A DNA stretch of 64,000 nt from an uncultured Gemmatimonadaceae bacterium (GTDB lineage Bacteria > Gemmatimonadota > Gemmatimonadetes > Gemmatimonadales > Gemmatimonadaceae), in NCBI GenBank assembly GCA_963817955.1, contig CAWFQK010000003.1, forward strand, positions 32,001 to 96,000, read 5' to 3'. Made by a program: the position numbers and the translations under genes. The notes beneath the pieces were generated by a model. That model did not search any database. It was not told the DNA's origin and worked only from the letters and a program-made list of their open reading frames with translations. Each line of letters opens with the position of its first letter. Within the stretch, counting starts at the first letter, position 1. Shown here one piece after another: positions 28,152 to 37,524 of this stretch.

Positions 28152-29284
28152 GTAGAGCATCAGTTTTTAGATACGCGGCGCTCGTCCTCGCCGTCGCTGC
28201 CGGCGCGGCCTGTCACGGAACGCAGCAACCGCGCAAACAACCAGCGGTGCCGGTTCGCGTTGCGCGGGCAACGCGCGTCGATGCACCGATCAGCATTTCG
28301 GCAAGTGGCGTGGTCGATCCCATGCAGACGGTGTCGGTGACGGCCCAGGTGAGCGGGACGCTCCGCGACGTCCTGTTTCGCGAGGGCGATTTCGTGCGCG
28401 CGGGACAAGTGCTGTTCCAGATCGACCCTCGTACGCTGCAGGCAGCGGTCGACCAGTCGCGGGCGGCGCTCAATCGCGATCGTGCGCAGGCCACCGCTGC
28501 TGCACAGAACGACGTCCGATATCAGACGCTCGTCCATGAGGATTATGTAACGCGCGAGCAGGCCGACCAGATCCACGCCGCGGCGCTGGCGGCGGCGGCA
28601 ACGGTCGCGGCAGATGAAGCAGCGCTGCGGTCGGCGGAGGTCAGCCTGGCATACACCACGATTCGCGCGCCGATCGCCGGCCGTACCGGAAGCTTGCTGG
28701 TGCGTCGCGGCAACAACGTGGGAACGAACACTGGGCCTCTCGTCGTCATCAATCAGATCCAGCCGATCCTGGTTCGTTTTCCTGTTCTATCCCAGGATCT
28801 TCCGGTGTTGCAGGGTGCGCTCGCATCGCACCCGCTCACGGTGATCGCGACCAAGGCTGACAGCGGCAACGCTCTGGAAACGGGGCAGCTCTCCTTCCTC
28901 GACAATGCCGTGGACTCGCTCACCGGCACGGTGACGGGAAAGGCGCTCGTACAGAACAGGTCGAACATCTTCTGGCCTGGACAGCTCGTGTTCCTGACGA
29001 TCGACGTGGGCGTGCAGCGGAACGCGCTGGCGGTGCCGACCACGGCGGTGATCACCGGGCAACAGGGGGCATACGTGTACGTCGTAGACGCGCAGAAGCT
29101 GACGGTGAGGACACGGAACATCGTCACCGGCCGATCGACTGGTCCACTGACGATCGTCGCCAGCGGACTGCGCGATGGCGAGGAGGTGGTGACCGACGGC
29201 CAATCGCGGCTCAACCCGGGGTCGACGGTGTCGATCACCGGAGCGGTACGCGACACCATTGAAGGCGCGGCGTTGCAGCCATGA
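28148..29284 (+). CDS. RND efflux periplasmic adaptor (MdtA-like)
   Basis: V.AQVSG.L, EGDFVRAGQVLFQIDP, IRAPIAGRTG, DNAVDSLTGT motifs. Confidence 0.92.
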   Translation: MSRASVFRYAALVLAVAAGAACHGTQQPRKQPAVPVRVARATRVDAPISISASGVVDPMQTVSVTAQVSGTLRDVLFREGDFVRAGQVLFQIDPRTLQAAVDQSRAALNRDRAQATAAAQNDVRYQTLVHEDYVTREQADQIHAAALAAAATVAADEAALRSAEVSLAYTTIRAPIAGRTGSLLVRRGNNVGTNTGPLVVINQIQPILVRFPVLSQDLPVLQGALASHPLTVIATKADSGNALETGQLSFLDNAVDSLTGTVTGKALVQNRSNIFWPGQLVFLTIDVGVQRNALAVPTTAVITGQQGAYVYVVDAQKLTVRTRNIVTGRSTGPLTIVASGLRDGEEVVTDGQSRLNPGSTVSITGAVRDTIEGAALQP

Positions 29285-32200
29285 AATTCTCCGAGCTATT
29301 CATTCGGCGTCCGGTGATGACGGCCCTCGTCATGATCGCGATCGCGGTGTTCGGTATCGTGGCGTATCGGTCGCTGCCGATCAGCGACCTGCCCACAGTG
29401 GATTACCCTACGGTGACCATCAGCGCCACGCTGCCCGGCGCGAGTCCGCAGACCATGGCGGCCGCGGTCGCCACGCCGCTCGAGAAGCAGTTGTCGACGA
29501 TCGCCGGTATCGACAACATGACGTCGAGCAGCTCGCTGGGCTCGACGCAGATCACGGTTCAGTTCTCGCTCGACCGCGACATCGACGCCGCGGCACAGGA
29601 CGTCGAGGCGGCGATCGCTAAGACACTCCGCCAATTGCCGCCGGACATTCAGCCGCCGTCTTACCAGAAGTCGAATCCCGCGGCATCGCCAATCCAGTTC
29701 TTTGCCCTGACATCACCCACGCTGTCGCTCCAGGAGCTCGACCGGGTGGGCGAGACGATGATCGCGCAGCGGCTGTCGACCGTGAGTGGAGTCGCGGCGG
29801 TGCAGGTGTTCGGGTCCACCAAGTATGCCGTGCGGGTGCAGCTCGACCCGGTCGCGATGGCCTATCGCAAGATCGACATCACCCAGGTGGCCGACGCGAT
29901 CAACGCACAGAACGCCAACCAGCCCACCGGTGTGCTCACCGGCCGCGCGACGTCGTACACGCTCCAGGCGACCGGGCAGCTCCAGAACGCAGCCGACTTT
30001 CGCGGGCTCACTGTGACGCAGCGCAACGGCGCCGCGGTCCAACTGGGCGCACTCGGCAAAGTCTTTGACGGCGTGCAGAACAACAAGGTGGCGAGCTGGT
30101 ACAACGGCACCCGTGCGTTAGTGCTCGCCGTGCAACGGCAGCCCGGCTCGAACACGGTTGCCGTAGCGCAGGGCGTGCGCGCCGCGCTGGATTCGATGCG
30201 CGTCGAGATCCCGGGCAACGTCAGCGTTCACACGCTGTTCGACCGCTCGGTGGGGATTCAGCAATCGGTGAACGACGTGAAGTACACGCTCCTGCTGACG
30301 CTGGTTCTCGTCGTGCTCGTCATCTTCCTGTTCCTGCGCAACATCTCGGCGACGATCATCCCGAGTCTGGCTCTGCCGATGTCGATCCTCGCCACGTTTG
30401 CCGTGATGTCGGTGCTCGGGTACAGCCTCGACAATCTGTCGCTGATGGCGCTCACGCTCGCCGTCGGTTTCGTGGTCGATGACGCGATCGTGATGCTCGA
30501 GAACATCGTGCGGCACATGGAAACGGGAAAGCCGCCGCTCGACGCTGCCGTCGACGGAGCGGCGGAGGTCGGCTTCACGATCGTCTCGATGACGATATCC
30601 CTCACCGCCGTGTTCATTCCGCTGCTCTTTCTTGGCGGCGTGGTGGGGCGGCTGTTTCGCGAATTTGCCGTGACCATTGCCGTAGCCATTCTCGTCTCCG
30701 GCGTGGTGTCGTTGACGCTCACGCCAATGCTAGCCGGCCGTTTTCTGCGGGCGCAACGCAACGCGCAACACGGCCGGTTCTACAACACCGTGGAGCGCGG
30801 CTACGACTGGATGCTCGCCCAGTACACGTGGACGCTCGCCTGGGCGATGCGCCACCGACGCGTGATGCTCGGTTTTTCGGCATTGATTCTCATTGGCACT
30901 TACGTGCTGTTCAAGCTCGTTCCCACGGGATTCATTCCCAACGAGGATACCGGCACGCTCAGCGCGACGACGGAGGCGGCGCAAGGTACGTCGTTCACCG
31001 AGATGGTGCGACGACAGCAGCAGGTGGCGGCGGTCGTCGGACGCGATTCGAACGTGGCGGCTTACATGTCGTCGGTGGGCGCCGGGACGTCAACGGCAAA
31101 CACGGGACGCATTCAAATTACGCTCAAGGAGCGGGGCCACCGTCTTCCGGCGGACCAGGTGGTGGCCGAGCTGCGACCGAAATTGGCGCGTATTCCAGGG
31201 ATGACCGTCTACATGACGCTCCCGCCCGCCATCCAGATTGGCGGCCGTCCGTCAAAGAGCCAATATCAGTTCACGATGCAGGCGGCTGGTATCGCGGTGC
31301 TGTATCCCGCGGCGGAGAAGTTGCTCGCGGAAGCGCGACAGTCCGATCTGCTACAGGATGTGACGAGTGACCTGCAACTCGACAACCCGCAGATCTCCGT
31401 GGACATCAATCGCGCACGCGCCGCGGCCTACGGGATCACGACGAGCGAGATCGAGAACACACTGTTCAGCGCGTACGGGTCGCGGCAGGTGTCGACCATC
31501 TACGCGCCGGACGACGAGTATTGGGTGGTGATGGAACTGCTGCCGCAGTACCAGCAGGATATTTCGGCGCTGAATTTTCTCTACGTGCGTTCGTCGAGCG
31601 GCGCGCTGGTTCCGCTGAATGCGGTGGCCACGCTGCAGAAGACGGCAGGTCCGGTGACCGTAAACCACTCCGGCCAGGTGCCGTCGGTGACGATGTCATT
31701 CAACCTGCGGCCCGGCGTTCCTCTGGGCAACGCGACGGCGGCCGTGGAGCAGATGGCGCTCCGGACCATGCCGGCCGGTGTCTCGACGGCATTCTCCGGC
31801 ACGGCGCAGGTGTTTCAGTCCACGATGTCGGGGCTGCTCGTGCTCGTGGTGCTGGCCGTGTTCGTGATCTACGTGGTGCTCGGCATCTTGTACGAGAGTT
31901 ACATCCATCCGATCACGATTCTGTCTGGACTCCCGTTCGCCGCCTTTGGCGCACTGCTCGCGCTGTTCATCACGCGGCAGGAGTTGAGCGTTTACGCATT
32001 CGTCGGCATCATCTTGCTGATCGGCATCGTGAAGAAGAACGCGATCATGATGATCGACTTCGCGCTGGACGCCGAGCGTGACCGGCACTTGGAGCCGGAA
32101 AAGTCAATCGTGGACGCGGCTCACGTGCGCTTTCGCCCGATCATGATGACCACGGTAGCTGCGCTCGCAGGTACGCTGCCAATCGCGCTCGGTACCGGTG

Positions 32201-32400
32201 CGGGCGCCGAGTCGCGCCGGCCACTCGGCATCGCGGTGGTTGGCGGGCTGGCGTTCTCTCAGTTCATCACGCTGTACATCACGCCGGTGGTGTACACGTA
32301 CATGGACGCGTTCAACCGGCGATTGGAGGCGCGCGGCGGACGGCGAGGGCAGGCGGAGCGCGGGGACCAGATCGATCTTGGGCTGCAGGGGGCGGATTGA
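29281..32400 (+). CDS. RND efflux permease (MdtB/MdtC-like)
   Basis: FIRRPV, GFVVDDAIVMLENI, GIVKKNAIMMIDFA, RFRPIMMTT; 1039 aa. Confidence 0.95.
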   Translation: MKFSELFIRRPVMTALVMIAIAVFGIVAYRSLPISDLPTVDYPTVTISATLPGASPQTMAAAVATPLEKQLSTIAGIDNMTSSSSLGSTQITVQFSLDRDIDAAAQDVEAAIAKTLRQLPPDIQPPSYQKSNPAASPIQFFALTSPTLSLQELDRVGETMIAQRLSTVSGVAAVQVFGSTKYAVRVQLDPVAMAYRKIDITQVADAINAQNANQPTGVLTGRATSYTLQATGQLQNAADFRGLTVTQRNGAAVQLGALGKVFDGVQNNKVASWYNGTRALVLAVQRQPGSNTVAVAQGVRAALDSMRVEIPGNVSVHTLFDRSVGIQQSVNDVKYTLLLTLVLVVLVIFLFLRNISATIIPSLALPMSILATFAVMSVLGYSLDNLSLMALTLAVGFVVDDAIVMLENIVRHMETGKPPLDAAVDGAAEVGFTIVSMTISLTAVFIPLLFLGGVVGRLFREFAVTIAVAILVSGVVSLTLTPMLAGRFLRAQRNAQHGRFYNTVERGYDWMLAQYTWTLAWAMRHRRVMLGFSALILIGTYVLFKLVPTGFIPNEDTGTLSATTEAAQGTSFTEMVRRQQQVAAVVGRDSNVAAYMSSVGAGTSTANTGRIQITLKERGHRLPADQVVAELRPKLARIPGMTVYMTLPPAIQIGGRPSKSQYQFTMQAAGIAVLYPAAEKLLAEARQSDLLQDVTSDLQLDNPQISVDINRARAAAYGITTSEIENTLFSAYGSRQVSTIYAPDDEYWVVMELLPQYQQDISALNFLYVRSSSGALVPLNAVATLQKTAGPVTVNHSGQVPSVTMSFNLRPGVPLGNATAAVEQMALRTMPAGVSTAFSGTAQVFQSTMSGLLVLVVLAVFVIYVVLGILYESYIHPITILSGLPFAAFGALLALFITRQELSVYAFVGIILLIGIVKKNAIMMIDFALDAERDRHLEPEKSIVDAAHVRFRPIMMTTVAALAGTLPIALGTGAGAESRRPLGIAVVGGLAFSQFITLYITPVVYTYMDAFNRRLEARGGRRGQAERGDQIDLGLQGAD

Positions 32401-32408
32401 CTGGAGGC

Positions 32409-32792
32409 GGGACACGAGACACGAGACACTCACAACGCACAACTCACAACTGGAAACTCGAACCTCGCCGACCGGCGATAGTGGCCGGCGAGCCAGGCGC
32501 CCTGGTGCGCATGGCCTGTATACTGACAACTGACAACTGATCACAGTACCCGCGATGCCTGTCCTCCTGAGCGAAGGACCTGGGAGATCGGATTGGACTC
32601 CGGGTATTGACCGGCTGGTTGTCGCTGGCTGCTCCGTAGCGGTCGGCCCACCGGTCGGCGAGTTTCGAGTTTCCAGTTGTGAGTTATGCGTGGTGAGTGT
32701 CTCGTGTCTCGTGTCTCGTGTCCCGTGTCCCGTGTCTCGTGTCTCGTGTCTCGTGTCCCGTGTCCCCCGCCGTGTCCCGTGTCCCGTGTCCC
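32409..32792. mobile_element. Non-coding MITE-like element with 67-bp terminal inverted repeats and an expanded heptamer array
   Basis: 32409-32475 is the reverse complement of 32651-32717 (4 mismatches); 13 GTGTC(C/T)C units in 32697-32792; mobility is inferred only. Confidence 0.6.
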
Positions 32793-32806
32793 GTTATTTT
32801 CCCCCC

Positions 32807-33805
32807 ATGCCCATCTCCCTCGTCACCGGCGGCGCCGGATTCATCGGGTCGCACGTCGCCAAACATTGCCTGAACCTCGGCCACCAGGTTGTCGTGCTCG
32901 ACGACCTGAGTGGTGGATTCCGCGATCACGTTCCCGAGGGCGCCCTGTTCGTCCAAGGCTCGATCACCGACGTGGCGCTGCTTAGGAAGTTGTTCAGTGA
33001 GTACGCCTTCGACCACGTCTACCACCTCGCCGCCTACGCCGCCGAGGGGCTGTCACACTTCATCAGACGCTTCAACTACACGAACAACGTCGTCGGCAGC
33101 ATCAACCTGATCAACGAAGCGATCGAGCATCAGGTCAAGTGCTTTGTCTTCACGTCATCGATCGCAGTGTACGGTGCGGGCCAGGTACCGATGACGGAAG
33201 ACATGGTGCCCCAGCCCGAGGATCCATACGGCATTGCCAAGTACGCCGTGGAGCTCGACCTGCGCGCGGCGCACGAAATGTTCGGGCTCAACTCCGTCGT
33301 CTTCCGCCCGCACAACGTTTACGGCGAGCACCAGAACATCGGCGATCGCTATCGCAACGTGATCGGCATCTTCATGAACCAGATCATGCAGAACCAGCCA
33401 CTCACGGTGTTTGGTGGTGGCGAACAGACGCGGGCCTTCAGCTACATCGATGACGTGGCGCCGCACATCGCGCAGTGTGTCGAGATCCCAGCGTCGTTCA
33501 ATCAGGTGATCAACATCGGTGCTGACACGCCGTACTCGGTCAACCACCTGGCAAGAGTCGTCGGTCGCGCGTTCGGTGCGGATCCGGACGTGAAGCACCT
33601 AGCGCCGCGGAACGAGGTCGTGCACGCATACTCGAGCCACGAAAAGGCGCGCCGAATTTTCGGCGACAGCGAGCCGGTCACCCTCGAGGACGGTATCGAC
33701 CGCATGGCTGCCTGGGCGCGTCGTGTCGGCGCGAGAGAAAGCTCGGTATTCGGTGAGATCGAGGTGGAGCGGAACCTGCCGCCGAGCTGGAACGTGCGCC
33801 GCTAA
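32807..33805 (+). CDS. NAD-dependent sugar epimerase/dehydratase (UDP-glucose 4-epimerase-like)
   Basis: VTGGAGFIGSH, HLAAYAAEGLSH, YGIAK, HNVYG, QTRAFSYIDD motifs. Confidence 0.88.
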   Translation: MPISLVTGGAGFIGSHVAKHCLNLGHQVVVLDDLSGGFRDHVPEGALFVQGSITDVALLRKLFSEYAFDHVYHLAAYAAEGLSHFIRRFNYTNNVVGSINLINEAIEHQVKCFVFTSSIAVYGAGQVPMTEDMVPQPEDPYGIAKYAVELDLRAAHEMFGLNSVVFRPHNVYGEHQNIGDRYRNVIGIFMNQIMQNQPLTVFGGGEQTRAFSYIDDVAPHIAQCVEIPASFNQVINIGADTPYSVNHLARVVGRAFGADPDVKHLAPRNEVVHAYSSHEKARRIFGDSEPVTLEDGIDRMAAWARRVGARESSVFGEIEVERNLPPSWNVRR

Positions 33806-33844
33806 ACTACTCCGCCGGCAGCAAACTCTTCGCCCGCGCATGAC

Positions 33845-33905
33845 GAGACACGAGACACGGGACAACGGCGAACAACGGCGAACAACGGCGAACAACGGGG
33901 ACAAC
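33845..33905. repeat. GAGACAC heptamers fused to a 10-bp tandem repeat (ACAACGGCGA)x3
   Basis: Read directly from sequence. Confidence 0.9.
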
Positions 33906-33940
33906 CTTAGATTCCGGGGATCAACACCAATAGGTAGGAC

Positions 33941-34933
33941 ATGTCCTCGAATCGAGTCGCGCTCCGGTTGCGTCGCGCGGTGATTATTGCTCTTGTCGGG
34001 CTTGGCAGCTTCACGACGCCGGGTCTGTCGCAGGCACCGAAGAAACGGGCGCACCGGAAGGCCCCAGCGGCCTCTCGCGACTCACTGCGCGCCACTCGCC
34101 ACGTCGACGTGCCCACGTGGCCCGTTCCGAACGTCCCAGCACCGCTACCGGGGTCTATTCTCCCCGCGAAGCGTATCGTCGCGTTCTATGGCAATCCGCT
34201 CTCGAAGCGCATGGGAATCTTGGGCGAGCTGCCGCCAGACGAAATGCTCGCGAAGCTGGATCGCGAGGTTGCGGCCTGGAATGCGGCCGATCCGGAGCAC
34301 GCCGTGCAGCCGGCGCTGCACCTCATTGCCGTCGTCGCCCAAGGCGATCCCGGCACGTCGGGCAAATACAGAACGCGCATGGACAGCGCGCTGATCGAGA
34401 AGGTGTATGGCTGGGCCAAGCAGCGGAACGCCTTGCTCTTTCTCGACGTGCAGGTGGGCACCGGCACGCTGCAGGAAGAATTGCCTCGGCTCGTGAAGTG
34501 GCTCCGGCGGCCCGACGTCCACCTCGCGATCGATCCCGAATTTTCAATGAAGAAGGGCAACAAGCCGGGTACGAAGATCGGGACGTTCGACGCGGCGGAC
34601 GTGAACTATGCGTCGAAGCTGCTGCAGGATCTCGTGACACAGGAGCATCTGCCACCAAAGGTGCTCGTGGTGCACCGCTTCACGCGCGACATGCTCACCG
34701 GCTACAAGCGCATCACGCTGGACCCGCGCGTGCAGATCGTGATCGACATGGACGGCTGGGGTCCGCCGCACCTGAAACGCGAGTCGTATCGGGCGTACGT
34801 CTACCAGTATCCGGTGGAGTACACGGGGTTCAAGCTGTTCTACAAGAATGACCGGAAGAAGGGCGGCACGCTCATGTCGCCGCAGGACGTTCTGGCCCTC
34901 ACGCCCAAGCCGCTGTATATCCAGTATCAGTAG
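33941..34933 (+). CDS. Secreted conserved hypothetical protein
   Basis: Signal peptide; RIVAFYGNP..MGILG, LDVQVG, HLAIDPEF, DGWG, GFKLFY motifs. Confidence 0.7.
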   Translation: MSSNRVALRLRRAVIIALVGLGSFTTPGLSQAPKKRAHRKAPAASRDSLRATRHVDVPTWPVPNVPAPLPGSILPAKRIVAFYGNPLSKRMGILGELPPDEMLAKLDREVAAWNAADPEHAVQPALHLIAVVAQGDPGTSGKYRTRMDSALIEKVYGWAKQRNALLFLDVQVGTGTLQEELPRLVKWLRRPDVHLAIDPEFSMKKGNKPGTKIGTFDAADVNYASKLLQDLVTQEHLPPKVLVVHRFTRDMLTGYKRITLDPRVQIVIDMDGWGPPHLKRESYRAYVYQYPVEYTGFKLFYKNDRKKGGTLMSPQDVLALTPKPLYIQYQ

Positions 34934-34989
34934 GGGTAGCGGTCGCCTACCCGCTTCCCCCCTCGCCTACCCGCTCCACCGCCCGCGAC

Positions 34990-35700
34990 ATGCGCATCAG
35001 CGACATGAACTGGATGCAGGTCCAGGAATACCTACAACACGATGACCGCGCCGTGCTGCCGCTCGGGAGCACGGAGCAGCACAGCCATTTGCGGCTCACG
35101 GTCGATTGCATTCTTCCCGAACGTGTCGCGGCAGAAGCAGCTGAGCCACTCGGCGTGCCCGTATTCCCAGTGATGTCTTATGGCGTCACGCCTTACTTCC
35201 GCGAGTTCCCCGGGTCGATCTCGCTGCGCGTGGAGACGCATCTGCACGTGGTGCGCGACATCCTCGATGGCATGGCGCACAGTGGGTTCCGTCGCATTCT
35301 GATCGTCAACGGGCATGGCGGAAACGGTGCGGTACAACAGTTCGCGCAGGAGTGGGCTGCCGATAACGCCGAGTGCCGAGTGCTGTTCCACAACTGGTGG
35401 AACGCTCCGCTCACGTGGGCCAAAGTGCAGGCGATAGACCCCGTGGCGTCGCACGGATCGTGGATGGAGAACTTCCCATGGACGCGGCTGCCCGGCGTCG
35501 AGATGCCTGGAACCCAACGGCCCATGGTGGACCTCGCCCGGGTGCGCCTGCTCGACCCCGTCGCGTTGCGCGGATATCTGGGTGACGGCAACTACGGCGG
35601 CCTGTATCAGCGGTCAGACGACGACATGATCGCCCTCTGGCAGGTGGCGGTCGAGGAGACGCGGGCGTTGCTCGCGGGCTCGTGGGGCGACGCGTCCTAG
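34990..35700 (+). CDS. Creatininase/creatinine amidohydrolase family protein
   Basis: LPLGSTEQH.HL...D, FPGSISL, NGHGGN, H...E motifs. Confidence 0.9.
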   Translation: MRISDMNWMQVQEYLQHDDRAVLPLGSTEQHSHLRLTVDCILPERVAAEAAEPLGVPVFPVMSYGVTPYFREFPGSISLRVETHLHVVRDILDGMAHSGFRRILIVNGHGGNGAVQQFAQEWAADNAECRVLFHNWWNAPLTWAKVQAIDPVASHGSWMENFPWTRLPGVEMPGTQRPMVDLARVRLLDPVALRGYLGDGNYGGLYQRSDDDMIALWQVAVEETRALLAGSWGDAS

Positions 35701-35708
35701 CGACGCGA

Positions 35709-36722
35709 ATGACCATGCGGTGTCTCATCTGGGGTGCTGGCGCGATCGGCGGCACATTGGGCGCGCATCTGGCGCGAGCCGGCCACGATGTAACGTTGGT
35801 CGATGTGGCCGATGAACATGTCGACGCCGTCGATCGCAACGGAATCCAGATCACTGGGCCCATTTCGGCGTTCACCGTACGCGTACCGGCCTTCACGCCA
35901 GAGACGGTGTCCGGCGAGTGGGACACGATCGTGTTGGCGACCAAGGCACACCATACCGAGAGTGCTGCGCACGCGCTCCGCCGGCACCTCACAGCCAACG
36001 GCTGTGTAATTTCGGCACAGAATGGGCTCAACGAGCTAGCGATCGCGCAGGTGGTCGGCGCGGAGCGAACGGTGGGCGCGTTCGTCAACTTCGGCGCGGA
36101 CTACATGGAGCCGGGGGTGATTCATTACGGCGGCCGCGGGGCCGTGGTGGTTGGTGAGATTGACGGATGCATCAGGCCGCGCGTTCTGTCGATTCGCGAC
36201 GCGTGGCTGGATTTTGATTCCCGGGCAGCGGCCACGCCGAACATCTGGGGTTATCTGTGGGGCAAGGAGGCGTACGGCGCGATGCTGTTCGCCACGGCGC
36301 TCACCAATGAATCGATCGCCGACGCTCTGGCGCTGCCGGAACATCGCGATCTGTACATTGCTCTGGCGCGGGAGATTCTCGCCGTGGCGGCAGCCCGCGG
36401 CATCGCGCCCGAAGCGTTCGACGGATTCGATCCGGCAGCGTATTTGCCCGATGCGCCACCAAGCGCCGCAGCGCATTCGCTCGACGATCTCGTTTCTTTC
36501 AATCGCCGCTCGGCCAAGTCGCACAGCGGGATCTGGCGCGATCTCGCCGTGCGGAAGCGACGCACGGAAGTCGATGCGCAACTTGGCATCGTCGTGGCGC
36601 TCGGGAATGCGGCCGGTGTGGCGACGCCACTCACGGCGCGCCTGGTCGAGTTGATTCACGACATCGAGCGCGGCGCACGCGCGCAGTCGCTCGACACCTT
36701 AGAGGCGATGGCCAACGCATGA
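35709..36722 (+). CDS. Ketopantoate reductase (ApbA/PanE) family oxidoreductase
   Basis: GAGAIGG, ATKA, QNGL, WGK, SG.WRDL....RTEVD motifs. Confidence 0.85.
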   Translation: MTMRCLIWGAGAIGGTLGAHLARAGHDVTLVDVADEHVDAVDRNGIQITGPISAFTVRVPAFTPETVSGEWDTIVLATKAHHTESAAHALRRHLTANGCVISAQNGLNELAIAQVVGAERTVGAFVNFGADYMEPGVIHYGGRGAVVVGEIDGCIRPRVLSIRDAWLDFDSRAAATPNIWGYLWGKEAYGAMLFATALTNESIADALALPEHRDLYIALAREILAVAAARGIAPEAFDGFDPAAYLPDAPPSAAAHSLDDLVSFNRRSAKSHSGIWRDLAVRKRRTEVDAQLGIVVALGNAAGVATPLTARLVELIHDIERGARAQSLDTLEAMANA

Positions 36723-37486
36723 ACATGGATTTTCGCGGCAAGACCGCCATCGTCACGGGTGCCGCCCACGGCTTCGGGCGGGCAATCGCATTAGCGTTTG
36801 CTCAACGCGGCGCGGCTGTCTGGGTCTGTGACGTCGTCGAGAGCGAGCTCCTCGAGACGCGGCAGCTCGGCGAAACGGCTGGCGGAACGTGCGCGGCGCG
36901 TGTGGTGGACGTGCGCGACAAACGAGCGGTGGACGGGTTGGTCGCCGCCGCGTCGGCTGAAACGGGACGAGTGGACATTCTGGTGAACAACGCGGGCGGC
37001 GTGCTGGGTCAGGTTGGCCGCCCGTTGGAAGATGTGACGCCGGAGCAGTGGCAGAGCATCTTCGACGTGAACGTGAGCGGCGCGTTCTACCTCTCGCAGG
37101 CTGTTGCGCCGGGAATGAAGACGGCGCGCGGCGGCCGCATCGTCAACATCTCCAGCGGTGCTGGGCTGGGGATCAGTCTCACCGGTATTCAGGCATACGC
37201 ATCGGCGAAGGCAGCGCAGATTGGGTTGACGCGCCAGCTTGCGCACGAGTTGGGACCGTGGGGCATTACGGTCAACAACATCGCGCCGGGATTCGTGCGC
37301 TCCAATGCGGCCACCGAGCGTCAGTGGGAATCCTACGGTGAGCAGGGTCAGCGTGACCTGGTTGAACGAATTGCGCTCAAGCGGCTCGGCACGCCAGAGG
37401 ACATTGCGAACGGCGTGTTGTTCTTCGCGTCAGACTATGCGAATTGGATTACTGGGCAGGTGATTTCGATTGATGGGGGGAAGTGA
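36719..37486 (+). CDS. Short-chain dehydrogenase/reductase
   Basis: TGAAHGFG, NNAG, ISS, YASAK, APG motifs. Confidence 0.92.
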   Translation: MNMDFRGKTAIVTGAAHGFGRAIALAFAQRGAAVWVCDVVESELLETRQLGETAGGTCAARVVDVRDKRAVDGLVAAASAETGRVDILVNNAGGVLGQVGRPLEDVTPEQWQSIFDVNVSGAFYLSQAVAPGMKTARGGRIVNISSGAGLGISLTGIQAYASAKAAQIGLTRQLAHELGPWGITVNNIAPGFVRSNAATERQWESYGEQGQRDLVERIALKRLGTPEDIANGVLFFASDYANWITGQVISIDGGK

Positions 37487-37490
37487 GGGG

Positions 37491-37521
37491 GGGACACGAG
37501 ACAACGGGACAACGGGGCAAC
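37491..37521. repeat. Short degenerate GGGACAC/GACAAC repeat tract
   Basis: GGGACAC GAGACAAC GGGACAAC GGGGCAAC. Confidence 0.75.
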
Positions 37522-37524
37522 GTG

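Noticed and set aside
32697..32792. CRISPR or other spacer-containing array
   Set aside because: Units are 7-bp tandem repeats with no unique spacers, and no cas genes are in the window
32555..32806. Cys/Val/Ser/Arg-rich N-terminal extension of the epimerase, and similar VSRVPCP peptides elsewhere
   Set aside because: These are translations of heptamer repeats; a -10 box supports the start at 32807
34934..34985. TCGCCTACCCGCT direct repeat and small hairpin before the creatininase-like gene
   Set aside because: Only two short copies; cannot be distinguished from a weak terminator or chance
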